Notes under the pieces: generated by a model
Databases searched by the model: none
What the model was told of the DNA's origin: nothing
What the model saw: the letters and a program-made list of their open reading frames with translations, nothing else
Assembly (NCBI RefSeq): GCF_006345805.1
Contig: NC_043010.1
Span: 56,296,001 to 56,360,000 of the forward strand
Reading direction: 5' to 3'
DNA length: 64,000 nucleotides
From: Octopus sinensis
Lineage: Eukaryota
Position numbers and translations under genes: made by a program
Shown here: positions 51,019 to 63,499 of the stretch, piece after piece
How the letters are laid out: each line of letters starts with the position of its first letter
Numbering within the stretch: the first letter of the stretch is position 1

Positions 51019-52527
51019 GTGTGTGTGCGTGGGGGAAGCGGCTTCTTTCTCAATGTCCACATCGCTTTCCATTCACTCTAAACTATCATCTCCATATAAC
51101 TATATTCTCTTGTTTAGACCTAGGTCAGCCCTGAAACACCTTTCCAGCCATGGCTATCCCTTGTTCTCACACACTTTATCACACTTTATATTGTTCAATA
51201 CGTCCTTCATTTATTTCATGCGTAGTGTGTGATTTGTGACAGATTTGGCTGTCATTTCCGGGAGATTGGCTGACTCTGCAGAGACGTCTTTGGGCAGGAA
51301 TCAGAAAACAACTTTCACTTTGGCCACGCGATTCTGCATTAAAAAAGAAGTGAACCAACTTTTGTATTTAGCATTGTGTCTTTTGAAAATGAGGATTAAG
51401 TCCACCCACTCCCCACACCTATATGCTGGGGGACATTCAAGCACGTGACACACCTGTGTTCCCTTACAAGGGACACTGACTGACCAACAGAGAAATGCTT
51501 TCAAGTGTCATTTAATGATTCCCCAGCACCACCACCACCACCACCACCATCATCGTCACTCCCTCTTTCCTGGGAGTGAGGGAGTGTTACACTAAATACC
51601 TTGTTGCGTTTATTTAGGATTTGATAATCTCTAATCAAATCCCGCCGAGATTAATGCTACCATTCATCCTTCAAGTAATGAAATACTAGCTGAATATCTT
51701 AAACGAATCTCCTCGCTCAATGTTGTTAGAGTAACGCACAGGAACTGAACCCGCCACTCCTACTTACTGCCATCATCCCGTCTTAGTATTTTACTTTCAG
51801 GAAATGTATTGCTCCGCCCCCCCCCCCACACACACACACTTTCTCTCTCTCTCACACACACACACACACATCTCTTCTCCTTCCCTTCCGATCTCTTGCT
51901 CCTCTCTTGGACTCTGCTCATAATGGACTACCATAGATAGACAGATAGAGAAAAGAGGGGTAGATTGAGAGAGAGAGAGAGATTTTCTCCAATTTTCGCT
52001 TGAAATATAGATGAAATATTGCATAAAATCGAATTTTTTAATGAATAAAATGATTCCAGAAACCCCCGTTTCTAGAAAATAAAGGCACATCAGTCGTTAT
52101 TTTGTCCTTACAAACACCCGAAGTCAGCAGTTTTAATATATTCTGGTTATTCTTACCAGAATTCATGTTGGTGAGTACTGTTCCTGAATTATTAATAAAT
52201 AAATTTTTAAAGAAAATAAAATTCGTAGAGCGAAAGATTTTTAATCCATGAAAGCGATGGTCATGTCGCCATTATCGACTACATTCACTGGTGGTGGTCA
52301 GAAATGTTTGTAAAAACACCACGTGACCCTGGTTGCTATCACTGAATCGTTCACAGATTGTGGAGGTAATTATTAAAACGTATGGGTCTGGCCAAAAACT
52401 ATCGAAAAGAATGAAAACCTTATTAAGGGTAGGGAAGAGATGAAGTCAAACTATTTTCATAGCAAGAGAAATTTCAAAGTGAATCTATTGTCATACTGAA
52501 ATATATTTGTAAGTCAAACTGCTATAC

Positions 52528-52653
52528 CAATATATACATGTACAAATATATATACATGTACAAATATATATACATATACAAATATATATACATATACAAA
52601 TATATATACATGTACAAATATATATATACATATACAAATATATATATACATAT

Positions 52654-52660
<7 letters not shown>
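52528..52660. repeat. 18-bp AT-rich minisatellite (ACAAATATATATACATRT)
   Basis: Seen directly in the sequence. Confidence 0.85.
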
Positions 52661-52694
<34 letters not shown>

Positions 52695-52706
52695 CATACA
52701 TACATA

Positions 52707-53850
52707 CAGTTGTTGGACAAAATAGTAGAAGCACCTAGCATCATTGCATCATAATTTTGAAATATCTAGAAAACCGTCAAAAGCTTGTTTATCTTTGTCT
52801 TTTGATTTATCATTAGTGTTGCTTAATATGTTTCGCTAAAATGGCTGGCATAACGAAAACAGCCGAAATGTTTGGTGTATCAAGAAGTACTGTCTCGAAA
52901 GTAATGACAGCCTTTGAGAAAGAGGGAAACACCTCCTCGTCGAAATAAAACTCCAGAAGAAAACCTAAACTTTCAGATAGGGACCGTCGGCTCTTACACA
53001 AATTGTTAGAAAGGCTCACAAAAGTGCAGCTCCCAGAATTTCTGCAGAGCTTAATGACTACCTCGAGAACCCAATTTCCACAAAAACTGTTCACCGGGAG
53101 ATGCACAAAGCCGGATTTCACGGAAGGGCTACAATTAGAAAACCACTACTTTCAAAAACAAACGTTGCAAAGCGTTTAGAGTGGAGTAAAAAAAAAACCT
53201 ACAGAATTGCAGTGGAAGAATGTTATTTTTTCGGACGAGTCATCCCTTACCTTATTTCCAACCACTGACCGAGTATACATGTGGAGACAGCCAAAAGAGG
53301 TATTTGACCCAGAATGCTTTCTTCCAACTGTTAAACATGGAGGAGGATCTGTGATGATCTGGAGGGCTATATCTTGGAAATCCACCAGCCCAATGGTTTC
53401 CCTTCATGGCAGAATTAATAGTCAAGACTATTTAAGTATTTTATCTGATCCAATTCATCCTATGGTAGCGGAACTGTTTCCAGGGGGAAACGCAATCTTT
53501 CAGGATGATAATGCACCAATTCACACAGCTAAAGTTGTTACTGAATGGCATGAAGAACATTCTAGTGAAGTTGAACATCTTATCTGGCCCCCACAGTCCC
53601 CAGATTTCAACATTATTGAACATTTATGGTGCATTTTAAAAAAACAAGTAAGGAGTCGATATCCTCTATCATCCTCACTACAAGAACTGGAGACTGTTTT
53701 AGCTGAAGAATGGACAAGAATTCCTTTGGAAACAATTCAAACTTAGTACGAGTCCATACCTCGTAGAATTCAAGCTGTAATTACTGCCAAAGGCGGTCCT
53801 ACCCCATATTAAAATAAATTTGTTTGGAATTTTAAGGGTTTTCCATTATA
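52707..53850 (+). mobile_element. Tc1-like DD36E element, copy 2, right TIR truncated
   Basis: VIFSDES, KHGGGSVMIW, FQDDNAPIH...WPPQSPDFNIIE (36 residues between D and E). Confidence 0.92.
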
Positions 53851-54000
53851 TGTATACACGGAGAGAGAGAGAGAGACAGAGAGAGAGGGGGAGAGAGAAA
53901 GTGGAGAGGAGAAAGACAAAGACACAAAGAAGGAGACATGTTATGAGCACAAATAATTGGAAGATCGGCTTTGATCTAAATAGCATCAAACCCCATTGAA

Positions 54001-54046
<46 letters not shown>

Positions 54047-54169
54047 CATAGTCCATTGTGTTTCACGTGATCCCTTAATCAGCGAAAGTGCAGCCGAGTC
54101 GTGTGAATGCATTATTATTTGACACGGAAACGGAAATATTACCAAGAGTTGTGCTTCTCAATTATCTTT

Positions 54170-54374
54170 AATCTTTTACTTGTTTCAGTCATTTGGCTGT
54201 ATCCATGCTGGGGCACTGCCTTGAAGAACTTTTAGTCAAATGACTTGGCCTCATTACTTATTTTTTATACTGGGTACTATTTGTCTCTATTGCCAAACCG
54301 CTAAGTTACGGGTACGTATATACACCAAAGCCAGTTGTCAAGCGGTGGTGGGAAACAGGCACAGACACAAACTC

Positions 54375-54436
<62 letters not shown>

Positions 54437-54570
54437 CGAGCTTCTTTCAGTTTTCGTCTACTAAATCCAATCACAAGGCTTTGGTCGGACCGAGATTACA
54501 GTAGAAGACATTTGCCCAAGGTGTCACGCAATGGGACTGAACCGAGACCACGAGTTTGGGAAGCAAGCTT
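54170..54570 (-). mobile_element. SINE family A, diverged
   Basis: Matches the family consensus seen in other copies here. Confidence 0.8.
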
Positions 54571-55450
54571 GTAATAAAAATATTTCTTCAGAGAAGAGAA
54601 ATTATTGAGTGAGATTCATGAGACAGTCACGTAGATGGCGCGTGGGAATCATGTAGGAATCATCCTGAAGCGATTTGGAGGGGTTACATTACAGATATAA
54701 TTCTTATCATGTATGACAGAACAAACCATTAGATTTCAGCTACGTGTAGATTAGATCTGAGAACTAATTAACATGTCGCCAAGAATGCGTTTTTTATGCA
54801 AATCAGTGTTTCCGATTCAATGGTACAATTAATAATTGTGGCTCTATAATAACTACCGCCGTGGAGAGTTAGACTAGTGTAGATAAACAATTATTGATGA
54901 GATCTCAATAATGACTGAATTTGATCTTCCTTTCTCTGTCCAGAAATAAGCATCAATGGGAAAAGACAGTTGCTTATCATTGGTCCGCATAGTTTCGTTT
55001 AATCTACACACACACACACACACACACACACCGATCTCTATAGGTTTGTTCAGGAGTAGATAATAGCAAACAAAACTAATCTAAATTTATGGATAAGAGA
55101 GTGAGATGAAGGGGAACTGGAAATCTTAATCTGGTTAAATACAACGTCATTCTGTCTCCTAGTGGATAAGTAGTGTCTGTGGAATACTCGACCACATATG
55201 ATACAAACACGAATTCTGTCAGAAATCAATATATTAATATAAATCTGAAAATGGAGGGATGTTGTGGTTTGGTGCACTTGCGGTATATAACTGGTATGTA
55301 ACCAGTTACATACTACAACCCACACTGCAACATTTTAACATAGTTATACTACAACACAAATTATAATCGCGATACGCACGTATATACAAACTTCTGCTAT
55401 ACGCATGTATAAATCAAACTAAGGTTTTATACAAAACGATACCTCACACA

Positions 55451-55489
<39 letters not shown>

Positions 55490-55541
55490 TCATACATACG
55501 TACATATGTATGCATACAAGCATAATACATATATACATATA

Positions 55542-55580
<39 letters not shown>

Positions 55581-55648
55581 CATAAATATATGTGTGTGTG
55601 TATGTATATATGTATATCTATATTATTTATATACATACACACATACAC

Positions 55649-55707
<59 letters not shown>

Positions 55708-55713
55708 TGTGTG

Positions 55714-55762
<49 letters not shown>

Positions 55763-55842
55763 CACACATACGCACACACATATATGTATGTGTGTATATG
55801 TGTGTGTGCATGAGACATATATCTATATATATAAATATTATA

Positions 55843-55885
<43 letters not shown>

Positions 55886-55896
55886 CATCAAAGAAA

Positions 55897-55930
<34 letters not shown>

Positions 55931-56186
55931 TAAACAGTAAAATTAATTACAGACATGGACAAGAACATGAAACACCACAGAGACGACACAAGAACCACAG
56001 GACGGGACATTCGAAGCCCTCAGTCATCAGTCAAGAACCAGATCATCTTAGCAATTTCGGCTGATTGCTATTATATTTTACTAAAGAATATGTAATACAA
56101 ATGTACACACGTCTCTTTATCATTTATAGGTCTGCATGTATGTCTGCATATCTTCGTTCTTTTCTCTGTGTGTGTGTGTGTGTGTG

Positions 56187-56237
<51 letters not shown>

Positions 56238-56774
56238 TGCGTGTGTGTGTGTGAATAAGACCTGTTCTAGTGTTTCAATATTTCTTTTCTACAGAAATGA
56301 TAACACACGTCGGAAAGTAATGGAGGACTTGTTTGGATATTGGCAGCCAATTAAGAACCAGACATACAAATAAATATATACATGCATACATACATACATA
56401 TATACATACATACACACATACATACAAACATACATACATGTGTGCAGGCATACATACAAGCATACATACATACATACATACATACTACATACATACATAC
56501 ATACATACATACATAGAGTTTACGAAAAAATGTTGTTTAAAAATATGTCCATTTCCTTGTTTTTGTGTTTATGTTTTCGTTTCTCATTGTGTTCGACGTT
56601 TTTTTTGGTGTCCTGTACCCATATATGCATGTATATATACATGTAGAGGTAGGTACGTACATATATGTATGTATATATGCATATGTTTTATTCATCTATT
56701 AATTTATTATATACATATATAGATATATATATGGTCACTTATAAGTATGGAAATAATTATGCACATACACACTA

Positions 56775-56895
56775 TATAGCGATTCAGCAAAAGAAGCCGA
56801 TAGAATAAGTACTAGGCTTACAAAGAATAAGTCCTGAGGTCGATTTCTTCGATTATAGGCGGTGCTCAAATGACTGAAACAAGTAAAAGAATAAA
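56775..56895 (+). mobile_element. SINE family A 3' half; another fragment lies at ~50890-50985 (-)
   Basis: CCGATAGAATAAGTACTAGGCTTACAAAGAATAAGTCC. Confidence 0.8.
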
Positions 56896-56982
56896 AGTAT
56901 ATATGTTCATCAGCATTCGCCATGTTGGACCGCTGAAATCAACAAGTTTTTTCATTCCCCCTCTGCATATTTTCTTTTATTC

Positions 56983-57018
56983 CTTTCTGTTGAAGAGCGT
57001 AGGCTCGAAACATAAAAG
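56983..57018 (+). ncRNA. Variant minimal hammerhead-like motif
   Basis: CTTT-CTGTTGA-AGAGC-GTAG-GCTC-GAAAC-ATA-AAAG: stem I CTTT/AAAG and stem II GAGC/GCTC. Confidence 0.45.
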
Positions 57019-57563
57019 ACTTTTTCATTTTTCCCGATTGCCAAACTAATACACTTGCCTCATGTTCGTACACTTGTCTTCGCCTTTTGTTTTTCTATAA
57101 TTTTCAACTATATACATACTACATACATACATACATACATATATTATATATATTATATATAATCTATATATATATAAAATTTAGCGCAATTTGAAATAGT
57201 AGCCACGAGTGTAATGGGAAGGACTGTTTTACAACTCTGACTTTGTGTGGACGTCATATCGTGTGCAGTCCTGCAAATTATATTCACCCAGGACGGTTGT
57301 ACCGATGATCTACGGACAGTTACGTAAGTTACGTAAGTAAGATTGCGTAATTTGTTTATAGTGAAACATGAATACGAATAATCCATATTTTTATTACTTT
57401 TTCTTTTGTCTTGATCGATTATATTTTGGTTGTTTTGCTAAATTTTTCTTGAGAACATTTCTTGGTGGTGAGACCTTAGCGGATCTATTTCAAGCATATG
57501 GGGTGTCCACATAGTGGTTTTCCCTCTAATACACACACACACACCACACACACACACACACAC

Positions 57564-57624
<61 letters not shown>

Positions 57625-57797
57625 CACACACACACAAACTCACACACATGTGCATACGTACATACATACAAAGCTTTTACGTACACACAAACGCATATGT
57701 GTGTGTCTACATTTATATATATGTACACATACCTATATAAACATATCTGTGTATATACATATATATATATATGTATGTATGTATGTATATATGTATA

Positions 57798-57854
<57 letters not shown>

Positions 57855-57873
57855 CGATTGTGTGTATTAATGC

Positions 57874-57915
<42 letters not shown>

Positions 57916-57972
57916 TAGTATACAATATACACATACATATACACACACATAACTTAAGTAAGCTATATATAT

Positions 57973-58017
<45 letters not shown>

Positions 58018-58513
58018 GTGTGTGTGCGCGTGTGTCTCTACATACATTTATACATACACACATTTTCATACGACGAAATATTTTCCGCCATTTTGCAACA
58101 GCCGCCGACAGAATTACATTACGTCTGTCATCACGTGACAAGATGCGATTCTGCGTTAATTGAAACGTGGCCGTTTTGTGTTAAACATATGTCGGTTGGA
58201 GACGTTCCTTCCATATTTCTTGCCATTTTACTCTATTCTCTCTCAACACACCTCACCACCCTCCATATTCTTTTGTTTTAATGCAATTCCCCCTCTCTCT
58301 CTCCCTCTTTTCCCAACTCTCCACCCCCCTCTCTCTCTCACTAATTGTTATATTTATTGTGTTTCTCTATCTCAGTCTATTTCTCTCTTGTTTTTCTCTT
58401 TGGAATTTTCATGTAACTTCCTTCTGTCTTTCTGTCTACCGAGCTATCAATCTATCTAACTCTCTATTTAACCTCTCTCTTCTTTCTCTCTCTCTCTCTG
58501 CTGTATATAGATA

Positions 58514-58554
<41 letters not shown>

Positions 58555-58706
58555 AGAGAGCGAGAGAGAGAGAGAGATAGTCATTCTATTTACCTTTACT
58601 CTTTTATACTTCTACAAGCCGATTTCCATCTATCATTGAATCATTTAATTTATCTACCTATCTATCAATCCATCTATTAATCTATCCAGCTACTCTACAT
58701 ATCTAC

Positions 58707-58741
<35 letters not shown>

Positions 58742-59384
58742 CCTATCTATCTATCTATCTACAACCTACCTATCTATCCGTCTATCTACGCTTGTCTATT
58801 CAGCTGTTTGTCTATTTTTCTATCAGTCTATCCATTAATCTGTGTGTCTGTTTGTCAATCCATCAACCTACCTCACCCCCACCCACACCGTCTCTTTCGG
58901 TTCTGTTTGCTCTTTATCTCCCTCTCTTCCCCCTTCTCTCTCTCTCTCTCTCTCTCACGCACACGCACAAATGCTGTGAATGTGTTCACTTTCATCAATC
59001 TTCCACCCCCACACACATCTTCACTCCTCTACAATTACCTCACCCCTCTACTCTCCATCTTCTTCCCCTCCTCCACCACTCTGTAGTTACCAGTATTTCA
59101 GGAACGCTCATTGAATTAAACCTGACAGATTCCTTTCGAATTGCAAAGACACCACGTGACTATTGATGACACAAGATGGCGCGCTGATCGAGAGAGTAGA
59201 GGTGAAGTGGGGGCAGGAGTAGGAGTGTATATAATTGATGAGCAGAGAGATAAGTGTTTATTGTGTCCACGACACACAGTTGCTGTCCTGTGTTGAGATC
59301 GAACCCCAGAGGGGACTCGGCCGTGACAAATCAGAACGCATGACGGAGCTGAAGTGAAAGAATTACTGATCTGCAAATATCGAA

Positions 59385-59796
59385 CTATACTCTTTACTCT
59401 TTACTCTTTTACTTGTCATTTGACTGCGGCCATGCTGGAGCACCGCCTTTAGTCGAGCAACTCGACCCCGGGACTTATTCTTTGTAAGCCCAGTACTTAT
59501 TCTATCGGTCTCTTTTTGCCGAACCGCTAAGTGACGGGGACGTAAACACACCAGCATCGGTTGTCAAGCAATGCTAGGGGAACAAACACAGATACACAAA
59601 CACACACACACTACATATATATATATATACATATATACGACAGGCTTCTTTCAGTTTCCGTCTACCAAATCCACTCACAAGGCATTGGTCGGCCCGGGGC
59701 TATAGCAGAAGACACTTGCCCAAGATGCCACGCAGTGGGACTGAACCCGGAACCATGTGGTTGGTTAGCAAGCTACTTACCACACAGCCACTCCTG
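59385..59796 (-). mobile_element. SINE family A, full length and well preserved
   Basis: A/B-box head, body and (GAGTAAAA)n tail. Confidence 0.92.
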
Positions 59797-59984
59797 TGTT
59801 CACATAAATTTATGTTCACATGAATTAAAACAAATTAACAGTTCTAAAGTTTTCAAACATATCTTCAGAGAAACTCTGCTGTCTGAGAAACATGGTTGCA
59901 ATACCAGTAATATTACAATACCATCGACATTGTAATACCTTCAATACTGCGCAGCCATCATACAGACGTTTTCATACAATCGAC

Positions 59985-60643
59985 AAAGGGGTTATACCGA
60001 GATGATGGTCTGATACTTTGAGAGACGCTGCACATATTTAAAGGGGACATGCGAGGATGGTGACAAGGGGGATGATAATGATGAATATATACACATACAC
60101 ACGATGAGAAGGAGAAGGAAGGGAGGAGGCGAAGAGGAAGAAGAAGGAGGAGGAGGAGGAGGAGGAGGAGGAGGCTGATGATCGTACTGTTGATGCTGTA
60201 AGAGAATAAGTTAGAAATATATTGGTCAGGATTTCTTCCTCTATTTTACATGTTTACATCGAAATGATGTAAACATTTTGTTTGTAATTTATTTTAGTTT
60301 CAGAAAGAGAAAGATGAAGAGGGGTAGATGGTACTCGATGCAGGGTACAGGATACCTACGTGTACAGATAACCAACAAATGCCTGGAGGGGGTCTGGTCC
60401 CTAAAAGCAAACGTTTTCCAACATATTTTATTTGAAACTTACTCTCTCACTTCATCACCATCACCATCATAATCACAATCCAATGCACACTCCCTACTTT
60501 CTCAGACGTCCTCTCCCTATCATTTCACTCCCGAAATTTATCAGAAACCGTCAGACCAAAATACAGTCAGCTTCTCCGTCAAGATATATGGGCCACGCAT
60601 AGCAATACACACACACACACATACGTATGTGTGGTGTTGTGTG

Positions 60644-60699
<56 letters not shown>

Positions 60700-60785
60700 G
60701 ATATATATATTCATACATAGATATATATGTGTGTGCGTGTGTCTACATATATATATTATATACAGATAGACAGACAGACGGACGA

Positions 60786-60880
<95 letters not shown>

Positions 60881-61080
60881 TAGATACATGTACATATATA
60901 TAGATATATCTATATATATATATATACTATATATATATATAATATATATATATAGTAATATATATATAATATATATATATATATATCGGTAGATATATGT
61001 GCGTCTATGATATAGACACAAAATTGGTACCATAGGTTGTTTGTGATCGAGTGCTTATATATGTAATACACATATCTAGA

Positions 61081-61115
<35 letters not shown>

Positions 61116-61672
61116 TATATATATATTTATTAGATATATATATATATATATATATATGGCATGTTGATATATACATAGTTATATACATATATAAATGTTT
61201 GCGTATATATATATACATAATTGCATATATAGGAGTGGTGTGCGTATGTGTGTGTGTGTGTGTGTACCCCTATACATGTATTTATGTGTATATGTAGTAA
61301 TGTAGCTGTAACAGCTTCCCTATAAACACTGAAGCTGGTCCAACGAGTTAAGTGCGAATAAATAAATAAATAAATATATCTTATATCAACTTATCTTCGA
61401 CTTAATTATTTCTTTAAATACACATTTGCACACACACACACTCACATGCATATGTACACACACACACACACTTATATATATATATATATCTATACATACA
61501 CATAGACATACGTATGTGCAAGCATATATGTATGTGTGTAATATATTCCCGTGCGTATATAATTTACAGCTAGCGAGGGTGTATAAAGATGAGAAGTAAC
61601 TCAAATATTTGAAACTTGCAGACACATTTGTTTTAAAGTACTTGACAGCTTCTAGTAGTAGTAGTAGTAGTA

Positions 61673-61735
<63 letters not shown>

Positions 61736-62600
61736 AGGCTTTGATTTAGGAGAATTTAGCTGTTCTTTCAGCATGGTAACGGAGCACGAAATAATAATGG
61801 TGATGATGATGAAGCTGACAATGAAGATGCGGTGAGGTGATTATATGTGTTCAATAAAAATCTCTCATTTGTAACTTATTATAATTAATACCTAGTTATT
61901 AATGAAAGTTTCTCCCGATTAGGGAGAGCAAATGTTGAAGTCTGTAAATATGGCAAAACATTTCCTCTCTCTAATCGAAAAACATTTCCCAAACGGCCAT
62001 AAATTCCAGACGTTATTCAAAAAAGCAACATTAAATTGAGTTGCAGTTGCACGAAAACTCATACCTAATAACATCAGAAAGCAAAATGGGAAAATTTTGA
62101 AAACAAGCGAAGAACGAAGGCAGCCGACATACAGCTGTTGAATTATGAAGATCCCCCCCCCCCAAAAAAAAGAGTAAATACTTAGAGAAAAACATTGAAT
62201 TTTCATCATCAATACTGTAACGAGCAAATCAAGTTTTCCATAACATCGTGTTCGGTTATCGCCAAGAACAGATTATCAGCATTTGATAAGCAGCGTTAGA
62301 TATGACACAGGTATTTAAAAACTGATGAAAATCCTGTGACTTCTGTCTTGCAGAGAAGTCTTACATCATCCACCATCCTACACCAATTTTAGATATTATA
62401 ACAAAAAAATGAACTCATATCGACTTGCCGACAATGTATCAAAATTCTGCCTTGACAATTTTAAAGAAATCTCCTTCATTTGTGACAGATGACAACTCGC
62501 AATTTACACTGTTTACACCAGCAAGAGTCATTATTTCAAACCTGTTCACATGTATGGTCGAGCAACCAAACGAAACTGCGGTTAAGATTAGATACTCCTT
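59985..62600 (+). mobile_element. Fragmented ancient Penelope-like element interrupted by microsatellites
   Basis: GLYRDDGL (59989-60012), MAKHFLSLIEKHFPNGHKFQTLF (~61950-62020), KNELISTCR (~62405), GAAAC-TGCG-GTT (62572-62583). Confidence 0.6.
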
Positions 62601-63066
62601 GTTAATTTCACATAAAAGGACGTCCATAACATTCTATACACTCCAAAAATGATGTTACAGTGAGCACATAAACGAAACTACACACACACACACACATTTA
62701 CATATACAGATATAGATACGTATATAGTAAGTCCCAGTATGAAGGAGATGTCTTGCCATCACAGGTATAAAAAGAAATCGTTGTAGAGTGACACCTAAGT
62801 ACAGCTTCTCAAGTACTGATAAGGACACATCTATAATCGACCCCATCCCAACCGATAATCCCCAAGTCCCACATTTAAGTTGTTATTTCTTACACTCTGC
62901 TCCCCTGACATAATTCTGTGACCGATTTCATAAAGTTACTCAATTCTAAAGTGTATTTCTGTGAAAAACACTCGAACTGTACTAAAACATCTTCTGTTGT
63001 TTCTATTTTCAGTGTGGTGACAGACAACCATTGATTAGTCCGGTGGATCCATGTTGTTGCTTAAAT

Positions 63067-63096
63067 GGCCAATCAGGTTATTGGTTATGGGCGGAG
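63067..63096. promoter_or_regulatory. Clustered CCAAT boxes and GC box (possible promoter)
   Basis: GGCCAATCAG, inverted ATTGG and GGGCGGAG within 30 bp of unique sequence. Confidence 0.3.
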
Positions 63097-63298
63097 GTCT
63101 GTGTGTGAGGGAGTGAGAGGCAGGAAAGACAGGAGAGAGATAGAGGGGCGAGTGAGGGAGAGGGGGAGAATTTGTGTGTTTATGTGATTTATAACATTTT
63201 TTTTATTAAATTGGGATTTTTTAAAATGACCGAAAGGTAAGAAAAACAAAAGTGAGTGTATACGTGTGTGTGTGTGCACGCGCGCGTGTGAGTGTGTG

Positions 63299-63324
63299 TA
63301 GACAGACAGACAGACGGACGGACG

Positions 63325-63403
<79 letters not shown>

Positions 63404-63418
63404 GACAGACAGACAGAC

Positions 63419-63499
<81 letters not shown>
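63299..63499. repeat. (GACA)n(GATA)n microsatellite
   Basis: Seen directly in the sequence. Confidence 0.95.

Noticed and set aside
55990-56066. Minus-strand CTGATGA...CGAAT-GTC as a hammerhead
   Set aside because: Stem II and the GAAA core cannot be formed convincingly. Kept only as a dispersed repeat.
62439-62627. 62-aa minus-strand ORF as a host exon
   Set aside because: No recognisable motif, and it overlaps the 3' region of the plus-strand Penelope-like fossil.
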